A stretch of DNA of 64,000 bases from Candidatus Melainabacteria bacterium 17Bon1m. Lineage in GTDB: Bacteria > Cyanobacteriota > Vampirovibrionia > Obscuribacterales > Obscuribacteraceae. Both the position numbers and the translations under genes were made by a program. How positions within the stretch are numbered: the stretch's first letter is position 1; each line of letters opens with the position of its first letter. This document shows positions 48,853 through 58,950 of the stretch, piece after piece. Where the stretch lies: assembly GCA_032128875.1 (NCBI GenBank), contig JAVLKG010000008.1:192001-256000 (forward strand). The letters run 5' to 3'. The notes under the pieces are model-generated. The model was not told where the DNA came from, made no database searches, and saw only the letters and a program-made list of their open reading frames with translations.

Positions 48853-49254
48853 TTAGCGACGGCAGCGGTAGTCGCGGCGGTAGTTGTAGCGGCAGTATTC
48901 CTGCCACTCGTACTGGCGACGGAGTTCCTCGCGGCGAATCGCTTCGCGGCGAGCCATCTCGTCCTGGCAGCGCCAGTCGCAGCGGTTGCGATAACCGCCG
49001 TGACCGCCGTAGCCGCCGTTGTACACCGGACCGCTGTGATAGCCCTGGTCGTTGTCGACCGCCGAGCCAACCGCGCCGCCGATTGCACCGCCAATGATGG
49101 CGCCGGCGGCGGGATTGTCCCGGTTGAGGATGGCACCGCCAATGGCGCCGACCCCGATGCCGGTGGTGGTGTTGGGACCCAGCTGCATACCAGCGCAGCC
49201 GGAGAGAAGGACGCCCAGGAGGGCGATGATCGTTGCAAGGCGAAGACTCTTCAT
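48853..49254 (-). CDS. Glycine-zipper lipoprotein
   Basis: Lipobox LSGC, GIGVGAIGGAIL..AGAIIGGAIGGAVG, AGGAG RBS. Confidence 0.8.
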   Translation of the reverse strand: MKSLRLATIIALLGVLLSGCAGMQLGPNTTTGIGVGAIGGAILNRDNPAAGAIIGGAIGGAVGSAVDNDQGYHSGPVYNGGYGGHGGYRNRCDWRCQDEMARREAIRREELRRQYEWQEYCRYNYRRDYRCRR

Positions 49255-49478
49255 GTCTAAGCTCCTGTGAAGTGTTTTTGGCGAAACAGCTTTTGCTGAG
49301 CGTGTCTCGCTACTAGCAAGGCGGAAGAAACAAGCCGCCCGGCAAGTGGGTTACGCACGCACGAAATGCGCGTACGCTGTTCTTGAAGTCCGCCGAAGCA
49401 GACCGCAAGCAGAACGCCGATGAACATTGCTGCTCACCTGCGCCCTGCTTCTAACCAAACACATCTTGCGACGTGGTA

Positions 49479-49949
49479 TCAGGCGACCTGGAAAGTGACT
49501 TCCGAGCCGTCGTAGCGCAGTGCCAGCACCTTCGCCTTCAGCGCTTCGGCATGAGTGCGCACCTTGGGGAAGGCGCGAATCTCTTCGCCGGGCTGCAGGA
49601 CGACGACGCGGCAGGCATTGCCGCAGCGCGGGTTGACGGCGAGCTGGTCAGGGGTGAAGTGGAACTCGAAGCCACCCGTGGGGATGACGATGAGCGCGCA
49701 CTGACCACGAACACCATCCTTGTCGGCGACGTCGACGGTCGGAACGAGCTCCATGCCGCCTTCGCCATCGACCTTGAAGTCGACCTCGAACACGCTGCCT
49801 TCGCGTTCGCTGGCAGTGGCCAGCTTCGGCGAAACTCTGACGTAGGGACGATTGCTGCCGCCGACCGGGATGTAGGCAGTGCCGTCCATTCCCTTCCAGC
49901 CGAGGCCAGCAACCACTTCACCTTCGCCGCGTACACGAAATGCTTTCAT
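49479..49949 (-). CDS. Hypothetical beta-rich protein
   Basis: AGGAG RBS, strong codon bias. Confidence 0.7.
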   Translation of the reverse strand: MKAFRVRGEGEVVAGLGWKGMDGTAYIPVGGSNRPYVRVSPKLATASEREGSVFEVDFKVDGEGGMELVPTVDVADKDGVRGQCALIVIPTGGFEFHFTPDQLAVNPRCGNACRVVVLQPGEEIRAFPKVRTHAEALKAKVLALRYDGSEVTFQVA

Positions 49950-50701
49950 GTTGATCTCCTGAGTTTAACCAGGTTGATACCTAGACCCTTCAGATGAGCG
50001 TTGTTGCCACCTTAAGGTCCGCCATTTGAGCCAGAGACTTTCGTCAAAAGCTCTGCATCTCAGTCACTCCTTTTTCTCAGATTTACTAACCTCGCCAACC
50101 AAAAACGGCACCACGACTTAATCGCCCTGGACCGAAGACCAGAGGAAAGGGCGCGAATGTCGCATGGCTGTTGTTTTGGAGGAAGCTTGGGTCTGATGAA
50201 TTGGGAGAGATAGAGATGTCTTTAAGTAAGCAAAGACTTTTACGATCACCTAAGAAAGTTTTGTATACAAGAACCTCTTTACATCCAGAAACACATTCGC
50301 GCGCGCGCGCGCCCGACGCTGTTTCGGGCATTTTCAACATTAAAACGAGTTAGTAAAGCTATCGCACCCGTTAAGAGCGCGCTAATCTTCGCGAGGTTTT
50401 CGGGCTTTCCTCTTCGCGGGCAAAAAAATTGCTCACGCCTACCCCAGAAATAGTGGTGGTTTCATTTTTTATGACGCGTCTCAAAATCAAGAACTCAAAA
50501 CGCCGACAAGAAGCTCCAAAGCGTTTTCTACCCTAGAAACATCATTATCACTATCAGCCACTGACAAGCGGCTGCCACGGTATATTGGAAATGTCTGAGC
50601 ACGCCCGTGCTGCTTAACACGCGTCTAGTGATCTGAAAAAGGTTCACCACGGGCTTGCAGGACTCTTTTCCACGCAATTGACTCATGAGCCAAGGTGAAA
50701 C

Positions 50702-51043
50702 ATGTCCAGCAATTCGCAATGGATGCCTTACATATTGCCTTTGTACTGCATACTTTTTGCCTGGACTTGGACTTGGATGTTCATTTGGAAGCGCCGGAAG
50801 ACGCATCCTGTTCTTTGGATGTGGGGCGCTCGCTGTTGGTGTCTAGTTCAACTGCTTTCGATATTGGGCATCTCAATTGCTGCGCTTTACCATGGTCACA
50901 AGACCGGGCTTGATGCAGGTTTCAAGACGGCACTGTACGGATTTACCTTTTTGACAGTGTTCTACGTAATTCTCTGGAAGTTCGGCCGTAAAGTCATTGC
51001 GAATATCATCAAAGAGTGCAACTGGGGAAGTTTGGCACGATGA
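50702..51043 (+). CDS. Hypothetical membrane protein
   Basis: AAGGTG RBS, three Trp-rich TM segments. Confidence 0.55.
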   Translation: MSSNSQWMPYILPLYCILFAWTWTWMFIWKRRKTHPVLWMWGARCWCLVQLLSILGISIAALYHGHKTGLDAGFKTALYGFTFLTVFYVILWKFGRKVIANIIKECNWGSLAR

Positions 51044-51089
51044 ATGCAGCATGATCAGCCGTATCGAACACTCGTGGTTAAATCAGGAT

Positions 51090-51314
51090 ATGAGCAAAAT
51101 AGAGAAACTAAAGCAACTCCTCCGCCACAAATTCGACATACGGGCGTTTGTGATAGGCGTTAGCATTGCGCTTCTAATCTCGGGACTGATCAGCTTCTTT
51201 TTTCATTGTCCGATTTGGATGACGTTCTTTATGGTCATATTTTCAATGGTCATCAATGGATTCATCGCCGAATGGGAGGACAACCAGCCCGGAGGTTTCA
51301 ATAATCCTGACTGA
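51090..51314 (+). CDS. Small membrane protein
   Basis: Two TM helices ending EWEDNQPGGFNNP. Confidence 0.55.
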   Translation: MSKIEKLKQLLRHKFDIRAFVIGVSIALLISGLISFFFHCPIWMTFFMVIFSMVINGFIAEWEDNQPGGFNNPD

Positions 51315-51342
51315 AATGCCGCATGAAAGGAGCAGTGGAAAT

Positions 51343-51606
51343 ATGTCAGAAAACTCTGATTCAGAAAGCGATTACGAACGTTTAAAACATTTAGAAAAGT
51401 GCGTAATTGAGTTATCTCACGATGCGAAAATCAGTATTACCGCAGCGTCTGGATATGCAAAATTACTAGCGAGACGATCAGAGACTTTGACCGAAGAAAA
51501 CAGGTCGGATGCAGTGCAGCGAATACTCACAAATTTGATTGCCTCGGAAGAGACGATTACAAAGCTGATGAAAGCAGCGTGTGTAAATTCTCCGGACGAA
51601 ACATAA
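51343..51606 (+). CDS. Stand-alone HisKA/DHp-like protein
   Basis: LSHDAKISITAASGYAKLL resembles the H-box helix. No ATPase domain. Confidence 0.6.
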   Translation: MSENSDSESDYERLKHLEKCVIELSHDAKISITAASGYAKLLARRSETLTEENRSDAVQRILTNLIASEETITKLMKAACVNSPDET

Positions 51607-51628
51607 TAGCCCCAGCCCTAGTGGCCCC

Positions 51629-51961
51629 ATGAACAAGCTCTATGAGTATCAAAAGAAATTGCCTCACACGCCACACGCACGCGGCGAGGAAGAAACGCAC
51701 ATCGTTGACGCGGAACGACCCTTTGTCGATTCATACATAGACCGAGATGAATTTGCCGAGCTTTTTGGAGGATTTCTAATTGCAGATGATCTGGAAGATC
51801 CGCCCAAACAGTACCGGGGGGTTTGGGGCAAGGATAAAGTCAGGAAATTTAAGCGGGTTCTTCGAGAACGGGGCGCTGAGTTTGAAGTATGCAGAATAGA
51901 CGGATCTCAGCGCCATTTTCGAGTTACCGCACAGGAAAAATACTTAGGTGATGCAACATAA
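51629..51961 (+). CDS. Hypothetical protein
   Basis: 110-codon ORF in a co-oriented run. Confidence 0.55.
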   Translation: MNKLYEYQKKLPHTPHARGEEETHIVDAERPFVDSYIDRDEFAELFGGFLIADDLEDPPKQYRGVWGKDKVRKFKRVLRERGAEFEVCRIDGSQRHFRVTAQEKYLGDAT

Positions 51962-52094
51962 CGACTACTATCAGCCCCCTAGGCATCGGAGACACGTTTT
52001 TCATGACCGGCAGCTAACCGGGCGTCATGTTTTAATCAGCAACCCCAATAAGCGGGCAGGACGCATAATCGGTAAATAATGGAGAATTCATTGC

Positions 52095-52520
52095 ATGCAA
52101 AGTCTGTCTTCCGAAGACTTAGTTATCTACAACCGAATTCTTGACATAGTTGTCGAAGTATCTAATCACGATCGCAATATACTGCACATGAACAGCAATG
52201 TTGATGCCTTGGGGATTGTTGGCATAGATGCAGACGAATTAATCGAAAAGGTTGCCTTAGAGTTTGATGCGGATTTTACCGCCTTCCAATTTGAAAGATA
52301 TTGCGCGCCAGAGAGTATTGTTGACTTTAATGCCGGTAGAAGAAGCCCTCTTTTGATCGAAGACCTATTCAACGCCGCAAAAAACAAAGTTTGGACTGAT
52401 CCGCCGGAACGCGAAAAAGAACAGAAATCCACGCCGGAAAGAGTTGAAGATTGGCTTAAGTTTGGGCTGGGCGTCGGTACTGTTTATGGACTACTGCGCG
52501 TGTTCAAAATACTGCACTAA
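52095..52520 (+). CDS. DUF1493/acyl-carrier-like protein with C-terminal hydrophobic segment
   Basis: LGIVGIDADELI...EFDADF..F.F.RY..PE..PL.I.DL..A....W pattern, GGAG RBS. Confidence 0.6.
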   Translation: MQSLSSEDLVIYNRILDIVVEVSNHDRNILHMNSNVDALGIVGIDADELIEKVALEFDADFTAFQFERYCAPESIVDFNAGRRSPLLIEDLFNAAKNKVWTDPPEREKEQKSTPERVEDWLKFGLGVGTVYGLLRVFKILH

Positions 52521-52538
52521 TTTCATCTCGCTAGCAGC

Positions 52539-52564
52539 AAAAAACGGTCCGGAGACCGTTTTTT
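52539..52564. terminator. Bidirectional intrinsic terminator
   Basis: AAAAAACGGTC-CGGA-GACCGTTTTTT. Confidence 0.7.
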
Positions 52565-52791
52565 CCCTTTGTTGAAGTTGACAAAAATTAGTCAGTTAAA
52601 AACGAATGTGGAAAATGAACGGGACGGGCCAGCTCAAACTTCAGTCATGCAGGCTGGTATGACCTACGCTTGAGCCCGCCAATCCACTTCCCCTTCGCTG
52701 TGAAGATGTTTCGCCGCTGGCTTCCAGGCTGCAAATTGCGGCGATGGCAGTAATGTAACTCGCGCAGTCTGAACGAATCCTGAACAGCAAA

Positions 52792-54207
52792 CTAGTCCGC
52801 GTGTTTTTGTGAATCCCATTTGATGATGTCGCGACGAAGCACCGCGCGCTCGAACTTATATTTGCGAATTTCCTCGGCTGCGCCTGGATCTTCGGATTTC
52901 TCGAGCATCGGGATCAACTCATCGTACGCTTCCCTGAGTTCCTTAAAATTGCGCTGCGGGTTTTTCTTAAAAATACGAATTGCTTCCTCCATGTCAGCAA
53001 TTGCCTCGGGCAGCCTGTTCAAATGAAACCGGCATGCTGCAAGGCGCTTCAAGGTTTCGCCAACATGGAAATTATCCTTGCCGCGCAGCTCTGCCCGAAG
53101 CTTCACCTGCTCTTTGAGGAGAACTTCTTGCTCATCATATTTGCGCTGCATTTTAAGAACGCGGTCTTTCGCTTGCATAAAATTGTCGAATTGAACGCTG
53201 CGCGGTCCGCCGACTTTGATGGCCAGCGCTTCTGCCTCCTTCAACAATCTATCGGCGCCGACAGCATCATTCATTCGCTGCTTTGTGCGCGACCACTCGA
53301 AAAGCGTTTGCAATGTGTCTTCGCCTTTTTTATCGTACAGCTTCACTTGCTTTGCGGCTTCGGCAAGATATTGGTCCGACTTAACGTAATCGTTATCTCT
53401 AGCCGTTTCACGTCCTTTGTTATAAGCTTCTCGCCAGGCATCTCGGGCTATTGCTTTTGTTCCACCAGGGTTGAACTTCGCGTAAGCCTCTTGCTTTTCC
53501 TCAACCTTTTCGGCTTCGCCTCTCTTTCCAATCTTTGTGAGAAACTTAGCGTAAGCTGCCGCGATGTCCTCACGAATCGGCACGGAGATGCGCTCTTCAT
53601 CAATCACAGATAGCGCGCTTTCATAATTTTTCGCAGCGCCTGTCGCATCTCCATCGTACTCCCGAATTCGCGCCAGTCCATACAAAGCTCTTGCATAGCC
53701 AATTCCAGCGAGCGTGTCTCGCTCTCGTTCTTCTTTAGCTTGAGACCAAAACGGCGCAAGAGTAACCGCAGACTCTTCGAGGTATGGACGTGCACCATTC
53801 ACGTCGCCACTATCAAATAGCAGCAAACCTAGCAACGCATCCGCTTCTCCGCGTTCTTTTGCGACCAAGTTGGCACTTTCAGTATTGCTAGCGTTTGCCG
53901 CGCGAAAGTGCGAGATGGAGGAGGCGAGGACAGTTTTTGCTTCGGCATCGCGATTTTCCGAGGCAAGAACCTTACCCAATCTCCCTTCAGCCAAAGCCAG
54001 TTTCCAATTACCTGCGCCGAGTTTCTCACCATGCGAAACAGCCAAGCGAAATAAGCGCTCCGCTCTCTCCGCATCGTTTTCCTGCAATGCTCTCTCTCCG
54101 TCGAGCAAATACTTTTCGAGAAAGCGCGCGTCATAGTCCGCACTGCCAGCCGAGCATCCGCCCAGCAGTATCGTCAGTGAAAAAACAACTAAAAATCTGC
54201 CGCGCAA
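52792..54207 (-). CDS. Tetratricopeptide-repeat lipoprotein
   Basis: Lipobox LGGC, repeated helical units (LG......G....A...Y..AL). Confidence 0.8.
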   Translation of the reverse strand: MRGRFLVVFSLTILLGGCSAGSADYDARFLEKYLLDGERALQENDAERAERLFRLAVSHGEKLGAGNWKLALAEGRLGKVLASENRDAEAKTVLASSISHFRAANASNTESANLVAKERGEADALLGLLLFDSGDVNGARPYLEESAVTLAPFWSQAKEERERDTLAGIGYARALYGLARIREYDGDATGAAKNYESALSVIDEERISVPIREDIAAAYAKFLTKIGKRGEAEKVEEKQEAYAKFNPGGTKAIARDAWREAYNKGRETARDNDYVKSDQYLAEAAKQVKLYDKKGEDTLQTLFEWSRTKQRMNDAVGADRLLKEAEALAIKVGGPRSVQFDNFMQAKDRVLKMQRKYDEQEVLLKEQVKLRAELRGKDNFHVGETLKRLAACRFHLNRLPEAIADMEEAIRIFKKNPQRNFKELREAYDELIPMLEKSEDPGAAEEIRKYKFERAVLRRDIIKWDSQKHAD

Positions 54208-54380
54208 CTCAAAAAACCCGTTTTCTCTATGGACAAGATTACACTAATACGCAAGCGCGGAAATCAAATGCCGGCTAGAAGCCAGCGCTCCGGCCGGGCT
54301 CCGGCCAGGCTGCGGACTACTTCGTCCGCAGTTCGGCGGCGCTGCTATCATATGCAGGCGACCGCTCGGATTCTGTGCAG

Positions 54381-55052
54381 ATGGCAAAAATACTTTTAGT
54401 TGAGGACGACGCAACCCTGGCAACCCGGGTTCTCGAATGGCTTGAGTCGGAGAAGCACATTGTCGAGCACGCTAACACGGGCACCATTGCTTGCGAAAAG
54501 CTGGAAGATTTCAAGTACGAGGTTGTCATTCTCGACCTCGGATTGCCGGACATGACGGGCATTGATGTGCTTAGAAAATTCCGCTCGAAGGGCGGCATCA
54601 CGCCTGTACTAATCCTCACCGGGCAAGACAGCGTCGACGACAAAGAGCGCGGTCTCGATGCCGGCGCTGACGATTATTTGACGAAGCCCTTTGACGCGCG
54701 CGAGCTGTCTGCGCGACTGAGAGCATTGCAGCGGCGTCCGCAAAATTTCTCTGGGGTAAAACTCAATGCAGGTGCTCTGGAACTTGATACTGTTAGCCGC
54801 AAAGTGTTGTTGAACAATGTCGAGGTGCCGCTGAAACCGCGCGAATTTGCCATGCTGGAATACATGATGCGACGCCCTGGAAAAGTCGTAAGTCCTGATG
54901 AGCTGTTGAAGAACGTGTGGGGATCGGATTCGGATTCAACTAGTGAAACGATCTACACGCACATCAAAAACTTGAGAAAGAAGCTGACCATGGAAGGCGT
55001 AGAGCCGCCCATCAAGACTGTTCATGGCGTCGGCTATCGGATTGATCCGTAG
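54381..55052 (+). CDS. OmpR-family response regulator
   Basis: ILLVEDD, LDLGLPD, GADDYLTKPF, TVHGVGYR. Confidence 0.93.
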   Translation: MAKILLVEDDATLATRVLEWLESEKHIVEHANTGTIACEKLEDFKYEVVILDLGLPDMTGIDVLRKFRSKGGITPVLILTGQDSVDDKERGLDAGADDYLTKPFDARELSARLRALQRRPQNFSGVKLNAGALELDTVSRKVLLNNVEVPLKPREFAMLEYMMRRPGKVVSPDELLKNVWGSDSDSTSETIYTHIKNLRKKLTMEGVEPPIKTVHGVGYRIDP

Positions 55053-55117
55053 TTTAGAAACAGTTTGCAGAAGCGAAAAGTACGATGCGCGGAAGCAAGA
55101 CCGGTCGACGCATGGCG

Positions 55118-55597
55118 TCACGCTAGTTCATGAACCAGTTCCATCACCATGATGTGCTGCGGTCCTGCAGAACCGCCGTGATAAATTTCGCCAATATCTC
55201 GAAAACCGTATTTCTCGTATAGCCGATACGCAGTTTGGTTGCGGCAATTTACCGACAGCCCGATGCTTTTGATGTGCGGGAAGTATTCACGAGCAAGCGC
55301 TGGTAATTGCAGCATCGCCTTCTTCGCATAACCCTTTCCTTGCTGACGCGCGTCGATCATAAATGACTGCAACGTCACACGTTCGTCCGAGCGAAGCTGA
55401 TCGATGACGTCGCTGTCTGAAGGTTTCAGAGTGAAGAAACCGACGTTCACTCCGGCATCGCGGATAACAAACGCCATTTCGTTCACATGCATTTTTGCTA
55501 TCGCACTTGCAACCGGGCTTGTGAACTGCATTTGCTCGGGCAAAACAGTTACGTCAATCGAAGAATGTTGAGGCTCGATGCGTTGTATTACAAACAT
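55118..55597 (-). CDS. GNAT-family N-acetyltransferase
   Basis: FMIDARQQGKGYA, LSVN..N..AYRLYEKYGF. Confidence 0.9.
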   Translation of the reverse strand: MFVIQRIEPQHSSIDVTVLPEQMQFTSPVASAIAKMHVNEMAFVIRDAGVNVGFFTLKPSDSDVIDQLRSDERVTLQSFMIDARQQGKGYAKKAMLQLPALAREYFPHIKSIGLSVNCRNQTAYRLYEKYGFRDIGEIYHGGSAGPQHIMVMELVHELA

Positions 55598-55620
55598 TGG
55601 TTCAGCTTCTTATATGTAGG

Positions 55621-57075
55621 TTAGGCATCCGGCAAGCGGATCCAAAAACTGCTTCCCTTACCGTCTTCAGAATCCACGCCAATCGTGCCGCCATGCGCTT
55701 CTACGATAGCCCTGGAGATTGCCAGACCAAGTCCGGTGCCTTCCTTTTCTTTGCCGTCGCCTCGCAAAACTTGCTGAAATCGCTCGAAGATTTTCTTCTT
55801 ATAGTCGGCAGGAATTCCGGGACCCGAGTCAATAACGCGAATCTCGACACAACGCTCTTTCTCCTCGCCCCGAACAATCACCTTCGAATTGTTCGGTGAA
55901 AACTTAATGGCGTTGCCCAGCAGGTTGATAATCACTTGTTCAAGCCGATCTCCATCACCTGGAAATTCGATCTCATCTTTGCTTTCGATAACGAGTTCGA
56001 TCTCTTTGGAAACAGCCAAAGCGCGCACAGCATCAGTGCAATGTTCTGCAAGAGTTCGAAATTCCAATGGCATTTTGAGAACATTGAGTTTGCCGGATTC
56101 AATCTTTTCAATGTCTAGAAGGTCGTTGATCAGCCGAATCAGCCGCTTGGCACTGATTTCCGCCGAACTCAATTCTTTCAAACCTTTCTCATTCAACTCG
56201 CCGTACTTGCCAGAGCCAATGAGCGTCAAAGAGAAATCCAACGACATTAAGGGACTACGCAAATCGTGACTGACCATCGAAATGACTTCTTGCTTCTGTT
56301 TCTCAGCCTGCGCCAATTCCCGCGCCATATCATGGAAGGTGGCATCAAGGTGAGCGATTTCATCGGTTCCTCCAACAGCAGGATTCAACTGCTGCCGCCC
56401 CACCATGCGCCTGGTGTTGTCCATGAGAACACGCAAACGATTGACCGTACTCTGGGAGATGAACAGCGCCATGGCGATTGCGAGGAGGATGTTCAAAACC
56501 AATCCGCCGACAAGACAGGAAACAATCAAAGAGCGAAAACGCGCTTGCTGCTGCGGAGCAGTTTCTTCAATCTGACGCTCATCTGCGATCAGATCGTGAA
56601 TATGTTGAATGAGCGCGCCAACCGATGCTGTAACACGCTTGCGCAAAGACCCAGCGGAAGCCAGACTGTGCGCATTCTCTCCAGCGTCCAAATCGTTTTT
56701 AATGGACTTGAGCAGGCTTAGCGCCTTATTTGTCGCAGCGTAAACTTCATCAAAAGCCGCTTTCTGCCGCGGCGTTCCAGAAACGAGTAATTCCAACGAA
56801 CGCAGCCGCGTAGGAATAAGTTCCACCCTTCGCAAATATTCGGCAGTCACTTGCTGAGAAGGACTGACCGCATAGGCGACAAGTGCAGAAGACGTGTCAT
56901 AGATGTTTTTCACAAGCTCGTTGCTCTCGGCAATCACTGCCTTGCTGTGCGTTTCTTTATTCAGTTCGACTTCTGCTTTGTGCAAAAGCTCAGACAAAAC
57001 AAATACGAAGCCAAGCTCAAACATCAGCGGCAAGACCACAATGATCAGGAGTTTGTGTGTGAGTTTGAGTTGCAC
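55621..57075 (-). CDS. Membrane sensor histidine kinase (HAMP-HisKA-HATPase)
   Basis: Two TMs, SHDLRSPL, NLLGNAIKF, DSGPGI, GTGLGLAI. Confidence 0.93.
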   Translation of the reverse strand: MQLKLTHKLLIIVVLPLMFELGFVFVLSELLHKAEVELNKETHSKAVIAESNELVKNIYDTSSALVAYAVSPSQQVTAEYLRRVELIPTRLRSLELLVSGTPRQKAAFDEVYAATNKALSLLKSIKNDLDAGENAHSLASAGSLRKRVTASVGALIQHIHDLIADERQIEETAPQQQARFRSLIVSCLVGGLVLNILLAIAMALFISQSTVNRLRVLMDNTRRMVGRQQLNPAVGGTDEIAHLDATFHDMARELAQAEKQKQEVISMVSHDLRSPLMSLDFSLTLIGSGKYGELNEKGLKELSSAEISAKRLIRLINDLLDIEKIESGKLNVLKMPLEFRTLAEHCTDAVRALAVSKEIELVIESKDEIEFPGDGDRLEQVIINLLGNAIKFSPNNSKVIVRGEEKERCVEIRVIDSGPGIPADYKKKIFERFQQVLRGDGKEKEGTGLGLAISRAIVEAHGGTIGVDSEDGKGSSFWIRLPDA

Positions 57076-57460
57076 AAGAAGGGCGGGTTGGGAAAAACAT
57101 TCGATCGCGGTTTGAAAAACCAGATCTACAAAAACAATCTATCTAATTGAATCGTTTCCCAATAATAGTTCATTGAATGAAACTCTGAGAGCCCCCACTA
57201 GAATTTTCGCTATGCGGAGAAAACCATCTGAACCGCAGCGATGACAACCACAGCAGTAACCGCATGGCGAAAGAAATTCCACGACTGCAACCCCTTACTA
57301 CTGCTTTTTATAGTATTCCAATTTAAAAAAAGCAAACCGACAGAGGAGCATGCGCTCCTCCGCGGAATGCCAGTGCTGAGCAACTGGGCTGAGGTATAGA
57401 CACCAGGGGTGGTGCCCATCCTCAACCCAGTTTTTCGCGCTCAGCGGTGAACCACGCCGG

Positions 57461-57790
57461 TTAGACGACCTGGACGCCAGAGTCCTTGTCGACCACCGTG
57501 CCCGAGGGCAGCGTGATGGTGCTCGCTTCCACGACGGCAAGCTGCGCCGGGAAGATGGCGGTGGTCTTTTCGCGAACCACCTTGCCGGACGCCTCGTTCT
57601 TGGCAGTCATGATGACCACCACGTAGTCGCCCTCTCTGAGAGCGGACTCGTCGATGATCACCTTGCCCTGCTTCTGCTCGATGACGTCTTCGAGGGCCTC
57701 GTAGCGAGCGATGCCGCTGCGAGAAGCGCGTACCGTGGACGAAACGACCAGGTTGCCCGTGCGCTGTTGGATGACGATACCTTGTACCAT
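57461..57790 (-). CDS. Hypothetical protein
   Basis: AAGGAG RBS before ATG 57790, strong codon bias. Confidence 0.65.
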   Translation of the reverse strand: MVQGIVIQQRTGNLVVSSTVRASRSGIARYEALEDVIEQKQGKVIIDESALREGDYVVVIMTAKNEASGKVVREKTTAIFPAQLAVVEASTITLPSGTVVDKDSGVQVV

Positions 57791-58032
57791 GAGATTTCTC
57801 CTTGTTTTTTTCTTTCCGTCCGCCGTTAAGCGAGACGGAAGGTGGAGCCGGTCGACGAGCACACGCCCATCTGTTTGACCGGCTGGCCTTGGTTAGAGAT
57901 AGATTCACGGTGCTTACTTCAAACGGCTCTAGCACCACTCAAGCCGTTTGCCGAGATGAGCGGGCTAGGGTCCCTTGCGAGACCCTAGCCGCTCCAGACC
58001 TACCGAAACAGCCGCGTGTTGGCGGGTGAGGC

Positions 58033-58950
58033 TTACGCCTTCTCCACCACCAGACGACCGTTGCGCACCTCGTTGGTGAAGCGCACTCGCGTGCTCTTGC
58101 ACCGCAGGATGCTGTCGGACAGCGAGCCGTCGACGTTCACCAGCAGCGCTTCCACGCCGTCGGCGATGTCGACCACGATGCCGTCCTCGGTCGAACGCGC
58201 GTTCTTGCCGGTCGTGTCGCAGCCCTCGGGGAAGCGGTCACGCAGCGCGTTCTCGTACTCGTCGGCCTCTTCGCGCTCGCGCTCGGCGCGCTGGGCACGG
58301 GAGGCGTCCTTGAGGCTCAGACCGATGTCCAGGAAGCCCTTGGCGTTGCGGCCGGACTTGCTGAGCTTGGCCGTCACCGTGGTGCCGACCTCGATCTCGG
58401 ACAGGATGGCGTCGCGGACGTCCTTCGAGCGGTCATCGCTGACCTCGCTGACGTGAATCAGCGCGCGGCGACCCTTGGCGGGGCCGTCGGCGATCTCGAC
58501 GAACGCACCGAGACCCGGGCGGTTCTCGATGACGACGCCCGTGACCTCGGTGCCGACCGGCAGCGCGAGGATGGCGGCCTCGACGGCTTCGCGGGACTCG
58601 CGGTTCTCGCGACCGCGCTTGGCGATCAGAGCCCGCTCGGAGATCGCGTACTGGGCGATCTTCTTGCCCTTGAGGCCGGGGTTCTTCGCGTCGACGACTT
58701 CCGCGCGGGTGACGAGACCCTCGATGATGTCGCCGAGCTTGATGCCGCCCTTGATGCGCGCGTTGCGGTCCTCGTCGGTCTTGCCGGAGACCTGGTTGTT
58801 CACCAGCAGGGCGCGAACGTTGCCGGTGAAGGCGACGCCGTTGACCTCGGTGACCGAGACTTGGAAGCCGTACTCGGCGACGGACGTGACTTTGCCCTTG
58901 ACGATGGCGTTCTTGTCGAAGGCGAGGGTCGGAATGGAATTCGTGTTCAT
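58033..58950 (-). CDS. S1 RNA-binding domain protein (two clear and one degenerate S1 repeat)
   Basis: VKGKVTSVAEYGFQV, VGTEVTGVV..GAFVEI..ALIHVSEVS..VG..IGLSLK. Confidence 0.85.
   Translation of the reverse strand: MNTNSIPTLAFDKNAIVKGKVTSVAEYGFQVSVTEVNGVAFTGNVRALLVNNQVSGKTDEDRNARIKGGIKLGDIIEGLVTRAEVVDAKNPGLKGKKIAQYAISERALIAKRGRENRESREAVEAAILALPVGTEVTGVVIENRPGLGAFVEIADGPAKGRRALIHVSEVSDDRSKDVRDAILSEIEVGTTVTAKLSKSGRNAKGFLDIGLSLKDASRAQRAEREREEADEYENALRDRFPEGCDTTGKNARSTEDGIVVDIADGVEALLVNVDGSLSDSILRCKSTRVRFTNEVRNGRLVVEKA

Noticed and set aside
50298-50312. Alternating CG run (potential Z-DNA)
   Set aside because: Single short tract in a CG-rich genome with no supporting context.
960-57320. Recurrent TTTTA(G/TAC)TAT motif near cluster ends (about 965, 18017, 31160, 45016, 57305)
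   Set aside because: Short AT-rich matches with inconsistent orientation; compatible with ordinary -10 boxes or chance.
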